Notes: generated from the sequence alone by a model not told the origin. Counted from the whole stretch's first letter, positions 24,485-36,366 are shown. The stretch: 50,306 bases of DNA, filler included, from Bipalium vagum (GCA_037834085.1; 3 parts of 3 records of this genome joined end to end with filler, not necessarily neighbours in it); one strand, 5' to 3'. Translations and numbers: made by a program.

Positions 24485-25972
24485 TCAAAGGCAATTGCAA
24501 TCGAGTTCAACACTATTGTCCTTGACTGATTCATAATTTTCAGTGAGGACAATGCTATTGGTCTCAGCGAAGTGGTCGGCATATTCCTGTAGAACTGTAC
24601 CAAAATAACAGATAATATCGACGGGCATGAAATGAGACTTTATGAAAGCCCTTGCATTATAAGCGATTTGCCGGCATTCGTTATCGTGGTTTTTACACCA
24701 GTTCAATTTCTGAATCAAATCACTGAGATCGGTTTTGATTGGCAAATAATGATCGTACGGTTTCAGTTGAGAATAGATATATTCGTAATATTTCGTTTCC
24801 TCTTTCAATATCACAGATCCTCCAGCTAAGCTCAAAGGAAATCGATAAGCAGCCACAGTTCCGTCCATATTGACAACGTATTTGTATTGAAAGAAATCAT
24901 TGAAAGGAATTGGTCGTTCCAACTGACCCAAGGTTGAATCATTAGAAAAAAAGAACATATTCGTTAATCTGGCATTCAACATATCGGGATATTGCAATGA
25001 CATCCTCACCAAATTCAGTCTGGCATTGCTGCTATCTCGACCTCTCCAGAAGCCTTTTTCAACTTTTTGGTGCCAACTGTAATTAGAATCTTTCAAAGCA
25101 GTGAATATATCCAAATAAACACGACCCATCATTTCAAGAACGGTTTCCATAGTTTCATATGATGGAATGACTATATCATTTGTGTCATCACTTCCACACC
25201 AACTGAAAATGTTGAATTTGTCCCGACTTTCATAGGAAAGAGGCCAGTCTCCCAAATTCATAAGAAAATCCATATCAGGTAAAACGGCTTTATGTGATAA
25301 AGAAAGCAAAGCAGCATCACTAAACATTTTGAAGCCAACATGCTCACCAAAACATTTTCGATAGATTTCGTTAGAGATTATTTTATATCTACAAACGGCA
25401 ACGGATGTAAAAGGCTGATATCTTTTACTGAAATTTTCGAAATTCTTTTCAAAATCTGCTGGTTGGAAATGTTGAAAATCTCTCCAGATCTGATCGTTAT
25501 TTTTTGGACAGTTAAGTTTATGGGTCAAGAATTCCTTGAGAGAAAATTGTGGACAATGACATTTTTCTGAATAAAGTGGTGCTCTGAGTATAATACAAAA
25601 TTTGCCAATGTAAGTCTGAGTTGGCAACCAAAGAAGAGTAAAGACAACATTATCATGAATGATTGCTTTGAGAAGACGAAATCGAATAATAAATGTTCCG
25701 TCATTGAGATAAAGCACTTCGTGATGAAGAAGAATCAGCTGACCAGAAGAATAAAATTGGAAAGATACTTCAATTAATTTATCCGCTCGACTCAATTCAA
25801 TGTTTGTCACATTTTCCAGATCCTTATTCACTAGCTGGACAAAAAAGTATCTCACCGGAAGTGTAAGGGAACTGTCTAAACCTGGTCCATAAATTATAAA
25901 ATTTTCAGGATCCAAAGAATGTGACAATATTTCATTAAAAGTTATAAAAAACAATAAAAGAAAAATTTTCAT
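24485..25972 (-). CDS. POGLUT2: Protein O-glucosyltransferase 2/3 (KDELC): signal peptide, filamin-like domain and CAP10/GT90 domain; intronless
   Basis: YGPGL..LPVRYFFVQ, LPDMDFLMNLGDWP, FSWCGS, GFWRGRDS, YKYVVNMDGTVAAYRFP. The true stop may be at 24462-24464 (see findings). Confidence 0.92.
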   Translation of the reverse strand: MKIFLLLFFITFNEILSHSLDPENFIIYGPGLDSSLTLPVRYFFVQLVNKDLENVTNIELSRADKLIEVSFQFYSSGQLILLHHEVLYLNDGTFIIRFRLLKAIIHDNVVFTLLWLPTQTYIGKFCIILRAPLYSEKCHCPQFSLKEFLTHKLNCPKNNDQIWRDFQHFQPADFEKNFENFSKRYQPFTSVAVCRYKIISNEIYRKCFGEHVGFKMFSDAALLSLSHKAVLPDMDFLMNLGDWPLSYESRDKFNIFSWCGSDDTNDIVIPSYETMETVLEMMGRVYLDIFTALKDSNYSWHQKVEKGFWRGRDSSNARLNLVRMSLQYPDMLNARLTNMFFFSNDSTLGQLERPIPFNDFFQYKYVVNMDGTVAAYRFPLSLAGGSVILKEETKYYEYIYSQLKPYDHYLPIKTDLSDLIQKLNWCKNHDNECRQIAYNARAFIKSHFMPVDIICYFGTVLQEYADHFAETNSIVLTENYESVKDNSVELDCNCL

Positions 25973-26382
25973 AGAAGAAATGTAACTAAAAAATGAAAAA
26001 TATTTAATAAATTTTTGTTTAAATCATCATAATATATTTAGATAAATATATAGACAGATAAAAAATATTTGTATACACTTCGTTTCACTTGAAAAGTGAC
26101 ACTTAAATTTTGTTTATCATATATTATATATATATATAATTTATATTATATTATATTATATATAATTTATATTATATCACTTTAAAAATTCTAGAGATAA
26201 GAATTATATTAGTAAACGTTACAAACTTTATTAAAAATAAAATGAACAACCAATTTTTGTAAGATTAGTTATTCAGTTTGTTTCATTTGAATAGCGATAC
26301 CTGTGATTTTTAAAAAATAGTTTAACATAAGAATAAATGTTCAAAAAAATAACAATTTCAGTCTCAAATTAATCAATTCAAA

Positions 26383-26745
26383 ATGGAACGAAAAATATCT
26401 TTGACTGAAAAAGAAAAGGGGAAAATCGAAGAATATATAGTGAAGTCGGACTTTCAAATCGAGAAATAGCAATAAAAATTAACAGATCCAAATCTTTTAT
26501 TTGCAAATTCATGTCAAATAAAGAGAATGATGGAAATAATATAAAAGACCGCAAATCAGAGGCAACAGCATCCCACTGAAAATGTATAATAATGCGAACC
26601 AAATTTGTGGTGAAGATTCAATACAAGAAACTGATAAAAAAAAGTCTCCATTAACGCCGATAAGAGAGAAGCGACTTATTTTTGCGAATACACAAATGAC
26701 AAGTAAAAGAAAGTGGGAAGAAACTGTCTTTTCAGGTGAAAAATA
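26383..26745 (+). mobile_element. Tc1/Tc3-like transposase N-terminal relic
   Basis: LTEKEKGKI..GLSNREIAIKINRSKSFI HTH and PLT..KRLIFA..WEETVFSGEK; frameshifted. Confidence 0.7.
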
Positions 26746-26899
26746 TTATACTTACTCTATTCCATAAAAACCCGATTTATTTATTTTAAAAAAGAATTTG
26801 TAAGTCTAGTTTGTTTAATTGATGTAATATTGATTATTATAAATGGTGCTATCTAATGATAATAAAACATCAATTTTAATCCACTATTAGACTATTCTC

Positions 26900-27480
26900 A
26901 TGAAAATTGGTAAAGTAGAGCCACGATACCGAAGAAAGCATATCGAAGGATATGTTGTTAGACAACAACAAGCTATGGAATCTTTTCGGAAGCGGAGATC
27001 TTCTAGCATTATGTGTGTTTCTGAGGAAACTGATATTTCACATACAAGTGTTCAAAGAATTATCAAAGAAGAAGGAATGAGACTTATTTCCAGTAAAATA
27101 AGCCCTCTGTTAAGTGATGACCAGAAATTGAAAAGAGCTAAAATAATTTCGACAGAATCGTCATCATCAATGGAAGAGTCATGTAGACATAGATGAGAAA
27201 TGGTTTGAGTTGTATCTCTTTCAGCAGAAACGATATCATGACAGCAGACCACAAAGAAAACAGCCACTACTTAATAAAGGTAATCCATCAAAGATCATGA
27301 TTCTTACAGCTGTTGTGAAGCCTTATGTTGAAAATGGATTTAATGGATTGATTGGTATCTGGAGGATTCAGAAAAATGTCGAGGCCCAGCATTCTTCGAA
27401 AAATCATCATAAGAGTGACTCACATAAAAATGCACAATAACGGTAGCTAGTTTTTATGACTTGATGACCATTGAAGTTAT
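26900..27480 (+). mobile_element. Mariner-like (DD39D-type) transposase relic
   Basis: DISHTSVQRII HTH, SPLLSDDQKLKR, IDEKWF, KIMILTAVVKP and FNGLIGIW; frameshifted. Confidence 0.72.
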
Positions 27481-27706
27481 AATTAATTCTTAAAATTCAT
27501 GTTAAGAGAGATCATCACCCCCTTAGTTTCTTTCTTTTCAGATGATTTTTCCTCATTTTTACATGTTCTTAGTTTACCTAACTCATCTAAAGGAAAAAAA
27601 TTAAAATTTTTTAAACTAAATTCAGCTCAAAAAAAAAAGTACAATCACTTAATTTCTAAAATATTTAGATTTATGAAGCACTATGACAAAAAAATATTGA
27701 AAAAAG

Positions 27707-27742
<36 letters not shown>
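27707..27742. repeat. (AT)n(GT)n microsatellite
   Basis: Directly visible. Confidence 0.9.
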
Positions 27743-29142
27743 AAAGAATAACAAATCAAGTATTTGAATAAAATATATTAAAACATAAATTTATATATAT
27801 ATAACGGACGACATTGGAGATAAATAAATTAATTTTAAATAATTAATTTTAATATTAAAATTTTTAAAAAATATTTTTGCTGTTTTACATTTTAATAAAA
27901 ATAATTTTATTGAATTGACAAAACTTGATATTTTTATTCGAAACCAAAATTAATATTTCTGTAAAATAAAATAATATAATAATAAATAAAAATAATATAA
28001 AGAGAACAAAAAAATATTTATTTTAAAATTACGTAATTTCAATTTTAAAGTCACAATTTTATTAAAATTTTTAATAAGTTTATTGTACAAAAATACCTTG
28101 ATAATATTTTAAAAATTGATTTGAATCGAATTTATTATCATACATTTCATTGGAAAACATTGATTTTATATATATTCAAGTGTAATTAGAAAAGTAATAC
28201 GATTATAGAAACGAAGTGGAATATGATCCCACAAACCATGATTGGCAAAAAAGATAAAGGGAAACAACGGCAAGAAAGACTAATTAATAGTGAATATAAT
28301 TAAACAGTCGCCAGAGACCCATGTCTTAAATCATGAAATTTAATTAATAAGAATGTGTTTTACTAGGATATAATTTTTTATACGTTACTGATCCCACTTA
28401 AGAGTGGTAGTAAATTCGTTAAGCATTGATTATTAATTTGACGAATGAATAAAAATCTGATCAAATATCTATATTATTAAAATCTATGTAGAGATTTTCA
28501 TTATTTTGTCTTTTGTAATAGAGGACATAATATAAATTATAGTTTATGTGATACTGAAAAGAAAACAGAATTTTAAACAAAAAATTGAAAAAAAATAATT
28601 TAAATTATACTTAATAAAAAAACTTTGAAAAAAAATTATCAATTCAAATAACACTAAAAACATGTTTGTAGTCAAAATTTAATATGAAATATTACTAAAA
28701 TATCTGTCAAATAAATAATTATCTGTCAATGTATCATATTAATTCGGTTATTTTTATATCAAATTTAAACATTATCAAGACTCCCCAAAAGATATGAAAA
28801 TAAATTTTAATACTTAAATTTTTATTTTATGAAGATCCACAGAGTAATTAAAGATAAACTATCGACTTTTAGAGTTGTAAATAATGTTATTTAAAGGGGT
28901 TTTAACAGATCAATATTTAATTTCTAATAAAAAATTCTCAATAAAAATAAATGAAATAAAAAATTTATGAATTTCGTGTCTAATAATAGTTTATTAATTT
29001 TATAGTTTACAAAAATCAAAATTACCCAAGAAAATTAAATTATCTCTATGAATATTTTATTTAAGTAACTTAATTTAGGTTTTTAACTTAAATATTTAAT
29101 TATTGATTTACCTTATTAAAATTAATTTCTTTTTAAAATTTT

Positions 29143-29618
29143 GAATCATGTTCTTTTGACCGAAATAACTATCAAGTTTTTTTTCAATCAAGTATCTTTT
29201 ATCAAGTAATGAATGAGGAATGGAGAGCCTATTCCCAACTGTCTAAAGATAAAAATTATGTTCATCTAACTGTCAACCACAAGATGAATTTTGTCGCCAT
29301 GGATACTGGTGCTCACATCCAAAGAATTCAATCCAGTTGGGGGAAACTGAAGACTAAGATCGTATCAATGAAGGGCGTCTATGGTGATCCCTGGGAATCA
29401 TATCTAAATGTATAGATGTATCGCAAAAATATTCAATCGAGAAATTGCGAATCAATTTTTTATTTAATAAATTTTTAAATAGAAAATTACTTGTTGTTAT
29501 CATTTTTTTATGATTTTAAATATTTGTGTTTGTTTTTAAGAAAATTATTTGTTTTTATTATTTTTTGTGATTCGTTTCAACTCTTTTGACCGCCTCGGTC
29601 AAAAAAAAAACATGATTC
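29143..29618 (+). mobile_element. Internally deleted Merlin (IS1016/ISXO2-like) transposon
   Basis: TIRs GAATCATGTT..TTTGACCG and CGGTCAAA..AACATGATTC. The 8-bp flanks AAAATTTT and AAAACTTT match at 7/8 (TSD). Peptide EEWRAY..HLTVNH..FV..TGAHIQRIQSSW. Confidence 0.85.
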
Positions 29619-30459
29619 AAAACTTTTATTAAATTTTAAACTATTTAAATTTTTTTCAATTATCTTAATAAAAAAGGTATATTTTTAAATTATAATTTTA
29701 TAATAGAAAATTTACATTATAGCACATTAACTCTTTGTGCAGTTAATAATAAAATAAAAAATATCTTTAAAAAATGAAAATATTTGAAATCCATTTAAAA
29801 GCTTTATTGTGAAGATAAATTTTTCATCAATAAAAATTATTTTTTCTTATCGAATGTAATTTAACAAGCAATAATAAATAAATATTTCATAAATCTAGAA
29901 ATAAACTGCGTGATGATAGTTATTTTTTTTACATTTTGAAGCTGACAAATCAAAGCTATAAAAATAATGACTATATTGAATCAATAAAAGAGATCGACGT
30001 ATTAAGATAAGGACACAAATATTTTATTAGAAAAATAATAATTTAAAATTATTTATGTAAGATTTAACATCAGCACTAAAATTAATATTTAATTGAAAAA
30101 TATCAAATATATTTGTAATTATATAGAAATAAAAATAGGAAACACATTCTTTTTTATTTTTAAAATTAAGTTAAAATAAAATTCTCTTAGCTTAAGATCA
30201 AATAATAAATAACGTACTTTATAAATTTTTTAAGCTAATTCATTTAAGTAAGGTCATATGGAAGAAAAATAATATTAAAACAACTTGTCATTTCCAAAGT
30301 TCTAATTATTATTTAGTAAAATTTTACCAAGATAATATTAATTTTAATCTTCAAGAAACATAAGACCCAATATATGTTAAAAAATGAAACCTGTCAATTT
30401 CGAAAATGTTAATTGAAATGGTTAAATAATATACTCACATAATATATAAAAAAATATTT

Positions 30460-30870
30460 TTTAAAAATCTCGTATATTGATTTTCTGAATTTTTTTGAGG
30501 ATATAAAAGTAGTAGATGACCATAAATGTTTTGCATGGTATGTCTTTAATGTTATTAAGGTAATCTCTACATTCATTGATATATTTTAATGCCTATTCTT
30601 TTGATATCCACTGAATGGACTTGATTTTCCCTTCGTTCGAGACTTCCTCATAAGACAAGTTTTCTTGAATATGATTGGTCAATAAATCATAAATCATCCA
30701 AATTTCTGATCTGACCACGTTATTGTCAATGTCAAAATATTTCTCTAATAATTAGTCAGAAATTAATTCTAATGGTTATGAGATCCATTGTATCTTCTGT
30801 TTCATCCATATTTTCCTTGTCAAAAACGGCTTTCTGAAAGCAATTTGTGACATAATTCTATGACTTTACA
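30460..30870 (-). mobile_element. pogo/Tigger-type transposase C-terminal relic
   Basis: VTNCFQKAVF, YFDIDNNV, SKE*ALKYINEC and KINIRDF, with stops. Confidence 0.55.
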
Positions 30871-31712
30871 ATGAGATGAATTTATTTTTGTCATTATTTA
30901 GTCATATTTTGAAATTTTTAAAATAGTTTTTAACTTTTTTAATTTTAAAAGATGTTAATTGCTTGAATTGAATACGTAAATGAGAGGAATTTTATAGTGA
31001 AATAACTTTTTTAAAAAGTAACTTCCAAAAAAAGTTAGATACTGAAAATTGATATTAGTAAAATATTAATCAAATTTTGGGCTCTCTTTCTTATCTGACT
31101 TAAAATTATTAATTGATAATAGTTGGTTCGAAAAAGTGTTTTTAAATAACTTATGAGAATTTATTATTCGATAATAATTTTTATCAAATTCAATTGTTAC
31201 TCGATATAAATATCGTCTTCTGTTTTGATGGTTTCAACCGGTTGGAGATTTGTTTCACTGGATTCTCAATTCTTCAAACTCTCATAGTTCTTTCAGTTTC
31301 TTTCTTCTTTCAATTTTTCTCAACTTACTAAATTTTCAATTCTTGCTTAGTTCAAAATCTAGTTCGGTCACCTCTGCTAATTCATTCGTTCTGGAAACTC
31401 CATTACTTCATGGAGTTGGAGTTTTCAGAGCTCCTGTGGTTCATAAATTATTTCGAAAGTGCATCGAAAGGACAATCTCCATCAGAGATATTCTCTGTTT
31501 ACAGCTTTTTCCATTAACTAAAGTGAAAATTGTGAGTTTTAATTATGATTAATAATTCACTTACACTTTAATTATTATATTCTTCCTTTCCAAAATGAGT
31601 TATAATAAACTCTATGTAGTTATAATAAACTATCTTTACCTTTCAAATTTTCTTTCTTAGTTGTAATAAACTTAGAATTTTTGAAGGCGAATTTTTATGA
31701 TTTTCCTGTGGG

Positions 31713-31856
31713 TATTTATACTAGTTTTTATTATGTGTGCCAGCATTCCTACAATTATCATTGGTTTTTTTAAAATGACTTCATTTCTGCCCTTTTTTCT
31801 CATTTGACGTCATAACTCATGCCACTGTAACCCACACCAAATCATCACTGACGTCA
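31713..31856 (-). promoter_or_regulatory. Candidate Pol II promoter: two CRE palindromes, a CRE-like site, CCAAT and TATA
   Basis: TGACGTCA at 31849-31856 and 31805-31812, TGACTTCA at 31776-31783, CCAAT (minus) at 31760-31764, TATAAATA (minus) at 31713-31720, in promoter-like order. Confidence 0.6.
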
Positions 31857-32234
31857 TTTCCTTTTTTTAATTAGTGTTATTATTATTTTTAATTTTTATT
31901 TTATTAAATTTTATTATTATTATTAATCTTCTTTTTATTTTATTTAACATTTTTTATTATTATATATCATTATATATCATTACTCTTTATTATACCATCA
32001 TTATTATATACTAAATAATAAATAATAAATAACAATAAATAATAAATAATAATTATAAAATCAATATTACAATGCTGTCCATATGTTTGGAGCCACTCCT
32101 GTAATTTACATAAAATGATAGAAATATATAATTTTAATTACTTTAATTTAGTTTATATTTAAATATATGGAAAAATATGTGTGGCTTATATATTGGCAAT
32201 AACCCTTTCTTTAATACGTCCTGATAGGCAATAG

Positions 32235-32640
32235 AATTCGTGCGATCCGGACACCTTATGAGAATTTAGGTGCCATCTTTTATAGCGCCCCAAACCATTA
32301 AACTCTTTCCACCGATTTTTACAGTTTTTGTTGTATATTTGAGATTAAATCTGGATCCTTGTGGTCTGCGAACGTATTCTCTTCTTCTGGAAAATAATTC
32401 TAGCCTACATTCGTCAGTAAAAATGACCACATTCCAAAAAGAAGGAAGTAATTTGCCGTACTCTCTGAACCACTTTAAACGATTCTTGATGTGCCACTCA
32501 TTCAACAGCGGTTTCTTTGCTGCAATCCGTTCAAATAACTGTATTATCATTTGTTTCATCCAAATTTTCCTCGTTGAAATCATCATTGTCAACCATTATA
32601 TACTCTACAAAAGGCATCGGGCTATCAATTTTTAAAGACG
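32235..32640 (-). mobile_element. Tc1 transposase fragment
   Basis: AKKPLL..RLKW, WNVVIFTDEC, TVKIGGKSLMVWGAI. Confidence 0.88.
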
Positions 32641-32699
32641 AGATCAGCGAATCAATTTCATAGTCATAAGGTATTTGAACACATTTGTTGATATTTTCA

Positions 32700-33790
32700 A
32701 TTTTTATAATTTTTGTGATTCCAACAATTCTTAATTGTTTCCGAACTGATTTCGTCCCATGATTTTGTAATAAATCTAACAGCTGTAATTAAATCGATTT
32801 TTCCTCGTCCATTAATATTATCGTTTTCATCAATTTTTCTCACCAGTTCTTTAATAAAAAAGTATCTATATATTACTTTGAAAGCAGCAATAATGCCTGC
32901 ATCCAGAGGCTAGAGCTTCGAGGTTGTATTGGGAATTAAATATTGAATCTTTACATTGCTTAATTTATAGTTTATATGATTATGGCTTGTTACATTGTCA
33001 ATCAAGAGTAGAACTTTTGCGTGTGGAATCTTTCAATTTGATATAATTTGAAAGATTCCATATATCAGTCGCGTCACCCACGCATTGCTATTACACTTAT
33101 AAATTATTCCAATATTTATCAGATTTATATTTTTAAAGCATCTGGGACTAGAATATGTACCAATAATAAGTGGTTCCATCTTTTCAGTTCCTGTAGCATT
33201 ACAGCACAGACCAATTGTAATTCTAGTCTTATCTTTTTTCCTTCCTTCAACTACTTTTGATGCCAAAGTTTTATCTGGTTCCATTTTATAAAATAAACCA
33301 GTTTCGTCAAAATTGAAAACGTCATTTGGATTATATTTGTTAATGACGTCAATTAATTGAGCGTTAATAATATTTTGATCGACTGAAACTGATTCACCGT
33401 GTATTTGACGTTTCTTTATATTGTGCCTCTTTTTAAAGGAGTATAGTCATCCTTCTGAAAATTTAAAGTCCTCATCAATATTAACTTTTGTTAAAATTTT
33501 CTTTGCCTCTTCTCTAATCATTGCATCAGATATGATTTTTATCATTTCATATTTTAACACCCATTTCAACAGTGCTTTTTCGAGTTCTGGGTGCTTCACC
33601 TTTCTGTCTCTCATTCCACTGTTCATCTTCATATCATAATCTAATCCAGATTTTAAGATCTTAGAAATGGTGGAGCGGTCTACAGTTTTATGGAATTTTT
33701 TCTGTACCCAGAAGACCAATTGATTAATTTTTAAATTTTTATTATTTTTAAAATATGATATTAATTTACCCTTTTCAATAAACGTCAGTG
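32700..33790 (-). mobile_element. pogo/Tigger (CENP-B-like) transposase pseudogene, truncated by gap
   Basis: KHPELEKALLKWV, FKFSEG, HGES, FNFDETGLFY, CCNATGTEK, LLLIDNVTSH, PNTTSKL*PLDAGII, WNEISSETIKNCW. Confidence 0.92.
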
Positions 33791-33890
33791 NNNNNNNNNN
33801 NNNNNNNNNNNNNNNNNNNNNNNNNNNNNNNNNNTTAATTAATTAANNNNNNNNNNNNNNNNNNNNNNNNNNNNNNNNNNNNNNNNNNNN
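33791..33890. other. Scaffolding gap: 44 N + TTAATTAATTAA + 44 N
   Basis: Same artificial linker as at 16933. Confidence 0.97.
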
Positions 33891-33926
33891 CGCGCACTAA
33901 ATCCTTCTGAATTTGCATATATTTTA

Positions 33927-34046
33927 TGTTAAGTTCCTAAAAAGACCACTATCGACATTCTTAACCCGATTAAATATTAATCAATAACAATCATTTTTAT
34001 TTTCATAATCAATTATCTTTTTAGGTCTTTATTTTAAAACTTAACA
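33927..34046. mobile_element. Short TGTTAAG...CTTAACA element (MITE-like)
   Basis: Begins TGTTAAGTTCCTAAAAAG (identical to 42406), ends AACTTAACA, and has TA on both sides. Confidence 0.55.
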
Positions 34047-36192
34047 TATTTAAAGAAAGAAAATTTATGTTACTTTATTTGATAGAAATGAAAAACTCAA
34101 CCCGTAAATAAATTGAAAAAAACATTTTAAAAATTATTTTTGATGATGTTATAAATGTGTTGGGTTGGTCAAAGGCACAAAACTGGATAGGGGCAATAAT
34201 AATAATTATAATAATAATAATAAAGAATACTATCTTTGTGTTAAAACCAAGAATATAGTTAACTAAATTAAAGAAATTTTATTCATTTTAATAATTTTTT
34301 GAATTATTTATTTAATTTACCAATATAATTATATAACACTGACATAATTTTAATTATGGTATAGAATTTACAAATTGTAACAATAAAGATAAAATTAACA
34401 CATGGTATGGTATTCTGATTATTTTTTAATCACTATATTTTTTCAGTCATTAAGAAAGTAATAAAATAGATATACAGGATTTTTAAATGCAAAAGGTCAG
34501 CAGCGACAATAATACACAGTAGTTATTTGATTTTTACGTCTTTGATATTGACCTATGATACTGATTTATCTTTATTAAATACTTGAATTATATAATATAA
34601 AAATTTTAAAAATAATAGGATAAAAAATTAATCATAAAATAACCAACAAAAACCAAAGCTTTCATTTTAAAATTCAATAAAAAAATTGTGAAAGTTCAAT
34701 TATTATTGGATTGATCCAGTCTTAAATTAATATCATTTCAAAAATATAATAAATAAATAAATAGAAAATATATTTTATTATAAAAATTTTTTGACAATTA
34801 AAAGGTATTTTAAGGAAGTTTATTGCTTAAAATGAAATATTTTCTGTATGAGCATTGAGAGTCATGAATTGAAAATGAAAACAAAAACAACAATTGTGAA
34901 GCACCAAATTCTTCATATTTTCAAAATTAATTGTGCCTCAATAAAATTAATATCGTCATCGGTTGTTATAATGAATCAAAAATCATGTACACTGTAAAAT
35001 CAACCAATTCAAATAAATAAAAGGCCTGCACAGATGTCACCAGTTTTTCCAACAGCTGAGAAAAGTTTAAACATTCATTGAAATAAACCAAAGTCAAAAC
35101 GCAAAAATATGATACTGAAACTGAAATGGTATCATAAAACAATGTCACTTTTCTCTGTTCAGAGCTGTCCACAAATGTGTCCATTCCATCAAATCAAATG
35201 GTTGCAACTAATAAAATAGTTATCGATTTTACTTCAGGCTAATTTTTAACGGCATACAAGCCATGAAGAGCCACTCTACAAACTTTATGAGCTTGCGTAG
35301 GTGAGTCATCCGCAATCCGATCAATACAACACGTTGCATACCGTGCGCTCGTGTGCGCTCCGTGAGAACTCAATCATTTTGGCATTGTAGAAAATCATTC
35401 AACCCTGAAAACAGTTCTATCGTTTTTTCCTGTAACTAAGATGATAGATCAGAATCTTATGAAAAGTTTTTTGAAATATTAAGCCATTATTTTATTAATT
35501 ATACTGTTTTAATTATCGATTTTTATTCCACTTCAAAACGGTAGTAAATGAGATTATTGTGCATTGTTTGATAAACGAAATTCTTTTCATGTCCGTGTAC
35601 AAAGTCATTTCTGAACAAAAAAGTATTATTATTATTATTAGGTTGTCACATATGAAATGTCCGAATTTGGAAATCTATTTTTAATTAATATAAGTCAAGT
35701 TATAATCATAAAATTAATTGGCATATAAATATATAATTATTATAATAAATTATATATAATTATGATATAATATTTCAACGTAACATTAAGACTGGATCTT
35801 TAAATCAATAAGTATCTAAAATAATTTCTTGAAATTTTACTTTTTTGTAAAGAAATCGATTTTTATTAAATATTTGTTATAACATTTTTTCAAAAAAAAT
35901 TATATTTATCATGGTAAATATATCTTTTTGAAATCGATAAGAAATTAAAAGTCCTTATTTAAAATGAAAAAATAATTGATTTCAAAATCCAGATAAATAT
36001 AATTAATTACTATAATTAAACCATTGGTTTTAAAGGAACATAAACTACCCATTAATTTCGCCATTACAATCTTTTCCCGTTAAATCTTAAAAGGTTTTCT
36101 GAAGAAAAACCCGGGAAAAAACATAATCAAATAATAATCAAAACATACAATTGTTGATAAAATAAAAATAAAAAAACCATTGAGGAGGATTT

Positions 36193-36274
36193 TTGATACA
36201 TCCAAAGAAGGTGAACATTCTAGTCACATTGAAATCCTTGTATTCTAGAATGCCACCATCTTTGGTGTGATCAA
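36193..36274 (-). ncRNA. mir-61: pre-miRNA of the miR-279/miR-61 family; predicted mature 3p UGACUAGAAUGUUCACCUUCUU (36226-36205)
   Basis: Minus-strand hairpin CCAAAGA-T-GGTG-GCATTCTAG-AA-TACA [AGGATTTCAA] TGTG-A-CTAGAATGT-T-CACC-T-TCTTTGG, plus a basal TTGAT/ATCAA stem. The 3p arm starts UGACUAGA, the family seed. Confidence 0.85.
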
Positions 36275-36366
36275 TACTGTTCAGTAACACAAAAGAAAAC
36301 CAGAATCAACTGGCGATTATCGTCCATAAAACATCATAAAGTTTGATAGCATCAATATGATATAAC

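Noticed and set aside
31388-31431. miR-281-like TCATGGAGTTG in a hairpin
   Set aside because: The seed differs and the stem is only about 15 bp.
35015-35026. U5 loop I-like GCCTTTTAY on the minus strand
   Set aside because: No closing stem or U5 architecture.
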